Positions 49,577-57,600 of a DNA stretch of 61,504 nucleotides are shown piece after piece. A model generated the notes under the pieces. It was not told the origin of the DNA, ran no database searches, and saw only the letters and a program-made list of their open reading frames with translations. Made by a program: the position numbers and the translations under genes. Position 1 is the stretch's first letter; each line of letters starts with the position of its first letter. Source of the DNA: Pyrinomonadaceae bacterium. GTDB taxonomy: Bacteria; Acidobacteriota; Blastocatellia; Pyrinomonadales; Pyrinomonadaceae. The stretch spans positions 1-61,504 of the forward strand of contig DATNFX010000313.1 in NCBI GenBank assembly GCA_035606195.1, in the 5' to 3' direction.

Positions 49577-51982
49577 ATGATGGAACAATCGGCTGCAGCT
49601 ACCGCTGAGGCTTGCGAACCTGTTTCGGCGGACTCAGCGAACACACCGGCGCATTTGATCAGGCTTGACGAAACGTGGGCGCTGTGGCGTTGGGTCGGTC
49701 TCAGAGGTGCGGGGTTTCCGATTGCTCAGCTCTCAAAACTAGCCGCGCCGGAGACAGCCAAGGCGGCGGACGCAATTCTGGAAGCAGAAAGCGCAGGCAA
49801 CAACGGACGCGAACAACCAGCACCGCTCTGGTCCGATTTCAAGGCAAACTTCAAAGCGGAAGCTTTGCTAATTTCGCAGGCAATCAAGGATGCGGCGACG
49901 TCGAAAACTTTTCGTGAGGCAATCATTTGGCAGAACCGAAACGCATTACACGGCAGCATTGAAGCTTTGCTCCGCATGCCGGAGCAGCGCGACGTCGGAG
50001 TGAGAGACCGGCGGCGGCGCGAAGAGGCGGTCGCCAGTTACGTCCAGCGTTATTGTGCGAAGAATGACACCATTGGCTTTTTCGGACCCGTCGGCTGGGC
50101 CGAGCTTGCTTCAACGGGAGATTTGATTCAAGCGCAACCCGGTGAGACGCTGCTGGCGCAACGTGATGTGTACTTCGAAGTCTGGTGTATTGACAAGTTG
50201 GCCCAGGTGCTCGCGGCAAATGGTACGTCTCGCGAGTGGATTGCGCCACGCCGCGCTTCTTACATCGATCTCGCGGGAACTCGCCTGTATTTACCGTCGC
50301 GTGGAGCGATCAATCTGCCGCTCAACGAGGCTGCTGCACTAAGAGCATGTGACGGTTGCCGAACTGCTAAAGAGATCGCGAAAGTGCTCGTCGCCAATCC
50401 TCTGATTGGAATCAAAAGTGCGGCAGAAGCATACGCCCTACTTGAGAAGCTTGAGCAACGGGCATGGATTGTCTGGAAGTTCGAAGTTCCGATGGAACTA
50501 TTTCCAGAACGGACTCTGCGTCGAGGCCTTGAGCAAATTGCCGACGACGCAAAGCGGGAACTTTCATTAGCCGCACTCACCGAGCTTGAGTTGGCCCGTG
50601 ATTGCGTTGCGAGAGCGGCTGGCGACGATCAAGAGTTAGACGCGGCGATTGGAAATCTGGAAGAAACGTTTACGCGATTGACCGGCTCGGCCTCGACGCG
50701 ATCGCCAGGAGAGATGTATGCGGCGAGGACGCTGGTTTACGAGGATTGCCGCCGTGATCTAGATCTCGAGCTCGGCCCACAAGTCACGGCTTCTTTGGCG
50801 CCGTCTCTTTGCCTGCTTCTGACGAGCGCAAGGTGGTTTAGTTACCAGATCGCCAACATCGCGAGAGGTTGGTTTAATAAGTTGTACGCCGAAATCTCCG
50901 CACGCACGCGATCGCGGACGATTGACTTCACAACTTTCTGGTATCAAATCTCGCCACTAGTGTTGACCGATCAACGCGCACCGCTCAACGTGGTACTGCT
51001 CGAAGTCCAGAAGAAGTGGGACCAAATACTCTCTTTGCCGGCTGGAACAAGCCGCGTCGAATATACGAGCGAAGAGCTTCGCGAAGCAGTCGCTACGGCG
51101 TTCGACTCACCACGCGCCGGATGGGAAGCGGCGATCTATCACAGTCCGGACATCATGATCGCAGCGGAAAGCATCGACGCAATTCGGCGCGGTGATTATC
51201 AGTTCGTTTTGGGCGAGATACACGCAACGGTCAACACTATAGGCACCCATGTTTTTGTCGAGCATCATCCGCAGCCCCGAGAGTTCTTGCGCAATTTCGT
51301 TTTGGATCGGGCTGAACCGAAGGCAGTGCCGCTCGTACCTAAGGTGGTTTGGCCGTCGCAGTCTTCACGTCTGATGCCGGTTTATTCTCCGCATGACTAT
51401 ATTATTGAGTTTGTGCCCGAACCTGCCGACGTGCCTCACTCGCAGATAGTCCAGTTCGGTTCGCTGGTCGTTGAGGATCAGGGCAAGGGGCCGATGGTCC
51501 GCACCCGCGATGGAAGGTTGCAGTTCGATCCGTTGGACCTACTCACTGTTACACCAACTCTGAGCGTCGGAAACGATTTCAAGCTGCTTGCCCGGGTGAA
51601 ACACCGGCCGAGAATTACGATCGATCGGCTGGTGGTCGAGCGCGAGACATGGTGTTTCCAAGCTGCGGAAATCGAGTTCGCCGAGGAAAAAGACGAAGCC
51701 TCGCGATTTCTGGCAGCGCGACGTTGGGCCCGTGAGCAAGGCATGCCGCGATTTGTTTTTATAAAATCGCCGATTGAAGTCAAACCGGTATTCGTGGATT
51801 TTGACAGTCCTGTCTACCTCAACATCCTGAGTAAAATGGTGCGCAAAGGCCTCAGGAATGATTGTTCGGACTTCGTCTTCACGGAGATGCTTCCGACTCC
51901 GGGGCAATGTTGGTTGCCTGACGCAAATGGTCAAAAGTATGCGAGCGAGTTGAGGTTTATTGCGGTGGATCTAGGTTATTAG
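49577..51982 (+). CDS. small LanB-like protein (lantibiotic-dehydratase N-terminal/glutamylation-type domain only)
   Basis: 801 aa. LIRLDETWALWRWVGLRGAGFP, FREAIIWQN and VQRYCAKNDTIGFFGPVGWAEL resemble conserved N-terminal blocks of LanB / split LanB / PEARL proteins. No SpaB_C-type elimination domain recognised. Called from memory of the family, not from a search. Confidence 0.6.
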   Translation: MMEQSAAATAEACEPVSADSANTPAHLIRLDETWALWRWVGLRGAGFPIAQLSKLAAPETAKAADAILEAESAGNNGREQPAPLWSDFKANFKAEALLISQAIKDAATSKTFREAIIWQNRNALHGSIEALLRMPEQRDVGVRDRRRREEAVASYVQRYCAKNDTIGFFGPVGWAELASTGDLIQAQPGETLLAQRDVYFEVWCIDKLAQVLAANGTSREWIAPRRASYIDLAGTRLYLPSRGAINLPLNEAAALRACDGCRTAKEIAKVLVANPLIGIKSAAEAYALLEKLEQRAWIVWKFEVPMELFPERTLRRGLEQIADDAKRELSLAALTELELARDCVARAAGDDQELDAAIGNLEETFTRLTGSASTRSPGEMYAARTLVYEDCRRDLDLELGPQVTASLAPSLCLLLTSARWFSYQIANIARGWFNKLYAEISARTRSRTIDFTTFWYQISPLVLTDQRAPLNVVLLEVQKKWDQILSLPAGTSRVEYTSEELREAVATAFDSPRAGWEAAIYHSPDIMIAAESIDAIRRGDYQFVLGEIHATVNTIGTHVFVEHHPQPREFLRNFVLDRAEPKAVPLVPKVVWPSQSSRLMPVYSPHDYIIEFVPEPADVPHSQIVQFGSLVVEDQGKGPMVRTRDGRLQFDPLDLLTVTPTLSVGNDFKLLARVKHRPRITIDRLVVERETWCFQAAEIEFAEEKDEASRFLAARRWAREQGMPRFVFIKSPIEVKPVFVDFDSPVYLNILSKMVRKGLRNDCSDFVFTEMLPTPGQCWLPDANGQKYASELRFIAVDLGY

Positions 51983-51992
51983 GAGAGCAGAC

Positions 51993-54338
51993 ATGGCCCA
52001 GTCGTCGGTATCAGTAAAAGCCGGTCCGGTGGTGTCCGCCAAGCCGTTCGATAGCGCCGCACTTTTTAATGTCCTTAGCTTGCTGTTCGTCGTCTTTGTA
52101 GTGTTTGTCGCTGTACACCTGCAAAAGGCGCCGGCAGCGGTACCACAAAGCGCTCCGCTGGATGTTTTCTCTTCGGGCCGTGCAATGAATGATCTCAAGG
52201 TCATTGCTGCTGGTCCACGTCCTATCGGAACAGCTCAACAGGCGGCAGTAAGACAGCATATCGTTCAGCGCTTGAGCAGCCTGGGTCTCGAGCCGCAGGT
52301 GCAAACGACCACCGCCGTTAATAGCGCCTACAGTCAGGCCGGAACAGTAAACAACATCGTTGCGAGAATAAAAGGCTCGAATGGCGCCAAAGCGTTGGTG
52401 CTGTCAACGCACTACGACTCTGTGCCGTACGGTCCCGGCGCGAACGACGCGGGCACTGCCGTTGCCGCCTTACTCGAAACCGCGCGCGCGTTGAAAACCG
52501 GTGGGCTGCTAAAGAACGACCTGATCTTCCTGTTTACCGATGGTGAGGAAACTGGACTTCTGGGCGCGCAGGCTTTCGCGAGCGAGCACCCCTGGGCCAA
52601 AGACGTTGGTTTGGTTTTGAACTTCGAGGCGCGCGGCAACACGGGTCCTTCAATAATGTTCGAGAGCAGTAATAATAATGCCTGGCTAATCGACGGTTTG
52701 GACCAGGCGGCGCCCGCTCCAATATCCAACTCTCTGGCGAATGAAGTCTACCGGCTCTTGCCCAACGATACGGATCTGACAGTATTCAAAAAGGCGGGCT
52801 GGGCGGGTCTGAACTTTGCTTACATCGATGGCCTGACACATTATCATACGCGCCTCGATGACCTCGGAAACACAGATGAGCGTAGTTTGCAGCATCAAGG
52901 TTCTTACGCGCTCGCACTCGCGCGATATTTTGGCAATGTCGACCTGACGCGCGGCGGTCAGGGCAATGCTGTGTACTTCAATATCCTCGGCACTGCGTTG
53001 CTTCATTACTCTTATGCATGGAACATCCCGCTGGCCATCTTCACTCTGCTAATCACGATCGCGGTTTTAACTATCGGAATTCGTAAAGGTGAGCTAACGC
53101 TGCGAGGTATTGCGTGGGGGACACTGACCTTCGTAGTCGCACTTGCCGTGAGCTGGTTCGTCGTGACGGGTTTGTGGTGGTTGATAAACCTGGTGGCGAA
53201 TTGGACTGGTTCGATATTTCAGAACAGAGCCTCTCGCAGTGAGTACTATTTTTTAAGTTTCGTGGCGCTGTCCGCGGCACTGTTTGCGGGCATGATCCAA
53301 TGGTTACGAAAGAAAACTGCGGATGCAAACCTGTTCGCGGGAGTTTTGGTTTTATATGCGTTACTGCTGTTACCCGCGACGTTGTTCCTCCCGGGCGTGA
53401 GTTATCTTTTTGTCTGGCCGCTGCTGGGTGCAGCCGTGTCGCTACTAATCGCCTTCGTGACTACTGACAAGGAAAGCGAATCACCACAACGACTTGGCAT
53501 TCTCACGCTCGGCGCGCTGCCTGGTCTGCTCCTCCTTGCTCCAACAGTCTACTTCTTGTATACCGCTCTGGTTTTGAGTATGCCGGCGGTATTGATTGTC
53601 CTGGCGGTGTTAGCGCTTGGTTTGTTGGCGCCCGCTCTGGCGCTGCCGGCAGTTTCAAAGCGATGGCTATTGCCGGTCGGTCTCGCAATCGCCGGCGTGG
53701 TGTTGCTGGCTATCGCTGGTTTGAACTCCAACTTCGACCACGACCAACCGCAAAAATCAGATCTCTTTTATGCCATGAACGCCGGCACCGGCAAAGCCAT
53801 TTGGGCCAGTGCGGACGTCCGGCTAAACGACTGGACCCGGCAATTCCTCGCGCAGGGAAACAGAGGAGACGTCAATCAATTCTTTCCCTCGCGCAATCGC
53901 TCGTTTCTACAAAGCGAGGCGCCTGCGATCCAGGAACCAGCGCCTGGCCTGCAAGTGCTGAAAGATGAAAACGGTTCTGACGTTCGCCGAGTGCAGTTAA
54001 AAATTACCTCGCCGCGTCAGGCCCCGAGCCTTGTAGTCTTTGTCGATGCCGACGTGCTGAAGGCAACAGTCAACGGCAGAGAAATTACGACTCCAGCCTC
54101 TCTGCGTGTTGGATCTGGTAGCGGTTGGTCCATGCAGTACAGCGGGACGCCTGTCGAAGGCTTTGATCTAGCGCTTGAGTTAAAACCATCGCAGCCGCTC
54201 AAGATCACGATAGTTGACCGCACCGATGGCTTGCCACAGTCATTAATTGGGAATTTCAAGTCACGCCCTGCTGACTTGGCGCCGTCTTCAAACCCATTCA
54301 GTGATGCGACTTTCATAAGCCGCTATTTCACACTCTGA
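51993..54338 (+). CDS. membrane-embedded M28-family metallopeptidase
   Basis: AGGAGAG RBS overlaps the upstream stop. M28 motifs STHYDSVPYGPGANDAGTAVAALLE and LFTDGEETGLLGA. N-terminal anchor plus a block of ~8 hydrophobic helices (about aa 330-560) and a C-terminal soluble domain. Confidence 0.8.
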   Translation: MAQSSVSVKAGPVVSAKPFDSAALFNVLSLLFVVFVVFVAVHLQKAPAAVPQSAPLDVFSSGRAMNDLKVIAAGPRPIGTAQQAAVRQHIVQRLSSLGLEPQVQTTTAVNSAYSQAGTVNNIVARIKGSNGAKALVLSTHYDSVPYGPGANDAGTAVAALLETARALKTGGLLKNDLIFLFTDGEETGLLGAQAFASEHPWAKDVGLVLNFEARGNTGPSIMFESSNNNAWLIDGLDQAAPAPISNSLANEVYRLLPNDTDLTVFKKAGWAGLNFAYIDGLTHYHTRLDDLGNTDERSLQHQGSYALALARYFGNVDLTRGGQGNAVYFNILGTALLHYSYAWNIPLAIFTLLITIAVLTIGIRKGELTLRGIAWGTLTFVVALAVSWFVVTGLWWLINLVANWTGSIFQNRASRSEYYFLSFVALSAALFAGMIQWLRKKTADANLFAGVLVLYALLLLPATLFLPGVSYLFVWPLLGAAVSLLIAFVTTDKESESPQRLGILTLGALPGLLLLAPTVYFLYTALVLSMPAVLIVLAVLALGLLAPALALPAVSKRWLLPVGLAIAGVVLLAIAGLNSNFDHDQPQKSDLFYAMNAGTGKAIWASADVRLNDWTRQFLAQGNRGDVNQFFPSRNRSFLQSEAPAIQEPAPGLQVLKDENGSDVRRVQLKITSPRQAPSLVVFVDADVLKATVNGREITTPASLRVGSGSGWSMQYSGTPVEGFDLALELKPSQPLKITIVDRTDGLPQSLIGNFKSRPADLAPSSNPFSDATFISRYFTL

Positions 54339-54364
54339 GAGGCTTTGCACAAAAATTACGGTCT

Positions 54365-54595
54365 TAGCCTGCGAAGCAGGCGGAAGCATAAAGCCTGGGG
54401 CGTAAGCCCCAAGGTCAAAGCGAAACAGATTTTCAAGCCCGCGAATGCGGGCGACAGAGCAAGCGCAGTCAAAATGGGACCGAATTTTGTTGCCCATGAG
54501 CTGCCGCCCATTTCATGGGCTCGCAAATTTAATTTTAATCCTCCTCCTGGGGCTTGCGCCCCAGGCTTTATGCTTCCGCCTGCTTCGCAGGCAAG
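54365..54595. repeat. composite palindromic (MITE-like) element: repeat copy 2 (54365-54478) plus inverted partial copy 3 (54546-54595) flanking a central hairpin
   Basis: CCTGC-GAA-GCAGG (54368-54380). CCTGGGGC-GTAA-GCCCCAAGG (54394-54414). GCCCGC-GAAT-GCGGGC. Central CCCATGA-N13-TCATGGG (54493-54519). The inverted copy contains CCTGGGGCTTGCGCCCCAGG (54546-54565) and CCTGCTTCGCAGG (54579-54591). Confidence 0.8.
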
Positions 54596-54686
54596 GTCCA
54601 CTTTTTGTGCAAAGCCACTCTGAGACAGCTCTCGTATCTTAACCTCGCAGAGAAAAGCGCGTAGGCCGACCAGCTAAGCGAAACCC

Positions 54687-57600
54687 ATGACAGTCAGTGT
54701 AAGCCCGGTCTCCGAAGAGAGGACACGGAATAGCATCGCTCGTAATCTGGTTGAACTCCTGATCTCGAGAGCGCAGGAGCAGCCGGATCGCGTGGCCTAT
54801 ACGTTTGTCGCGCAGGATGGCGCCGAAGAGCTCAGCGTCACCTACGAGGAGCTCGATCAAAAAGCCAGAAAGATCGCAGCAGCGATTCGGACGCGGGAAC
54901 TCAGCGGCGCGCACGTTTTGTTGGTTTATCCATTTGGACTCGAATACGTCGCAGCCTTCTTCGGCTGTTTGTATGCCGGTGCGGTCGCAGTGCCTGCGTA
55001 TCCGCCTCGTTCGAACCGCAACGTGACGCGGTTGAGATCGATCATCGTCGACGCGCAAGCGCGACTAATCCTCACCACAGAGACGTTGCGCAGCAGGCTC
55101 GAAAGTCTCTTGGGTGAAGAGTGCGATCTCGAGTGTTTGATCACGCCAGGCATTGACGATCGACTCGCTGAGGATTGGACGCCTGATCCAATCGATGGCG
55201 ATAGCGTGTGTCTTCTTCAGTACACGTCTGGCTCAACTTCGATACCGCGCGGCGTGCTGGTGACGCACAGTAACCTTTTGCACAATGAAGCACTGATTGC
55301 CGAAGCGTTCGAGCAGCGGCCTGAGTCAGTGATTGTGAGCTGGTTGCCGCTTTACCACGATATGGGGCTGATTGGGGGCGTGTTGCAGCCACTCTATCTG
55401 GGTGCGCGCTGCATACTTTTCTCGCCGTTGAGTTTCCTGCAACGTCCTTCCTTGTGGCTTGAACTGATCACGCGCTATCGCGCAACGACGAGCGGTGGGC
55501 CAAATTTCGCCTACGATTTATGTTTGCGAAAGATTCCGGCGGAAGCGCGCGCGACGTTTGATCTTCGCAGTTGGCAGGTCGCGTTCAATGGCGCTGAACC
55601 CGTGCGGCAGGAAACGCTCGAACGATTTGCTGAAGCATTTGCGCCCGCGGGATTCCGGCAGGAGGTTTTCTTCCCTTGTTATGGCCTCGCAGAGGCGACT
55701 TTGCTTGTTTCCGGAGGCAAGGCGAAAGACGCCGCACCGGTTATCAAGCCATTGCAGAGCAGTGAACTCGAACGAAACCGGGTCGTCGAGGGAAGGCCTG
55801 ACGAAGGACTGCGATATCTCGCCAGTTGTGGCATCCATGCGCGCGGACAAAAGGTTGTTGTGGTCAATCCCGAAACTCTGTTTGAGTGCCCGCGCGGGGA
55901 AATTGGCGAAGTGTGGGTGGCTGGGCCAAGTGTAGCGCTCGGTTATTGGAACCAGCCCGATCTGACGGCACAGACTTTCCGCGCTTATCTCTCCGGCACT
56001 GGCGCAGGACCTTTCTTACGCACTGGAGATCTCGGCTTTGTCGATGATGGAGAACTATTCATCACGGGCCGGCTAAAGGATCTCGTCATCGTTCGCGGTC
56101 TGAACTACTACCCACAGGACATCGAACTGGTGGCCGAGCATTGCCATCCGTCATTGCGTGCCGGTTGCGGCGCTGCGTTCACCGCTGACGTTGAAGGCGC
56201 CGAAGAGTTGGTTGTTGTGTACGAGGTGGATCGCCGTCGCACGGTCGAGATTGACAAAGTGCTCGTGGCAATTCACGAAGCGATTGCAGAAGAACTGGAG
56301 CTACAGGTTTCGACTGTTCTCCTGACAACGACTGGTTCGATACCAAAGACCTCGAGCGGGAAGATTCAACGAAGTCTTTGCCGCGAAATGTTTTTGGCGG
56401 GCGAGTTGAAGACAGTGGGTGCGTGGAGTGCGCGTTCGGGGCCCGGCGCCGTCGCTGGTGCTGACGATGTTGAGTCGATCGAGGAGTGGCTGATAAAGCA
56501 ACTGGCGCAGAGACTCGGTGTAGAACGATCGAGCATCGACGTCGAGCAGCCGATCGTGCGCTACGGGATTGATTCACTGGCGGCAGTAGAGTTGGCCCAC
56601 CTGATCGAGAGCCGCTTTGGGATCGTCGTGCCCATGGTTCGCTTTCTCCAGGATTCTTCTGTTCGTGAGTTGGCTACCTTTGCGCGGTCACAGCCGGAGG
56701 GGCCCGAGTTCTCCGCCGAGGATTTTCAACATTCAGAACAGCCGTTGTCTTCCGGGCAGCAATCTCTCTGGTTCATGCAAAAGCTGGCGCCGGAAAGCAC
56801 GGCCTACAACCTGGCCCGCGCGTTCCGAGTGAGGTCTCGGCTGGACCAGGAGGCGTTGCGGCGAGCGTTGAAAAAGTTAGTTGCTCGCCACGCTGCGCTT
56901 CGTACTACGTTCCACGAATCGCATGGCCGGCCGGTGCAAAGGATTCATGAGTTCGCGGAGATCTCTTTCCACGAGCTTGACGCCTTATCGATGAGCGAAC
57001 TTGCTTTTCAAGAGCGACTCACTGAAGAAACTAAAAAGCCGTTCAATCTCGAAACCGGGCCGCTGCTGCACGTGACTCTCTTTCGGAGAGCGCATGACGA
57101 GCACGTCCTGCTAATCGTAATTCATCACATCGTCTCTGATTTTTGGTCGTTCGCGCTTGTCATGAAAGAGCTGAGCGCGCTATATGCGGCAGAGGTAAAT
57201 GGTCAGGTTGCTAAGCTCGATCCGCTGCACGGGCAGTACGCGGAGTACGTAGCATCGCAGACCGATTTTATTGTTAACGGCAGGGGCCGATGTTGCGAGG
57301 AGTACTGGCAGCAGCAGCTCTCGGGCGAGTTGCCTCGGCTCAATCTACCTGGCGCTAATCCACGCCCGGCATTCAAGACGTTCGCCGGCCGATCGGCACT
57401 TTTAAAGTTCGACGCGGATTTTGGAGCACGCGTCAAAGCTCTCAGTAAAGAGTACGGCGCGACTCCGTACATGATCTTACTGGCGGGCTTCTACACGTTG
57501 CTGCACCGGCTCACGGGTGAGCACGATTTGATCGTTGGCACACTTACTTCGGGGAGAAGTCGTCCGCAGTTTGCCGGCAACGTTGGTTATTTTGTTAATC

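Noticed and set aside
54345-54642. Three overlapping ORFs (54345..54623 +, 54356..54601 -, 54445..54642 +) and ORF 1317..1688
   Set aside because: They are read-throughs of the structured repeat family. The peptide similarity between them simply reflects the repeated and inverted DNA.
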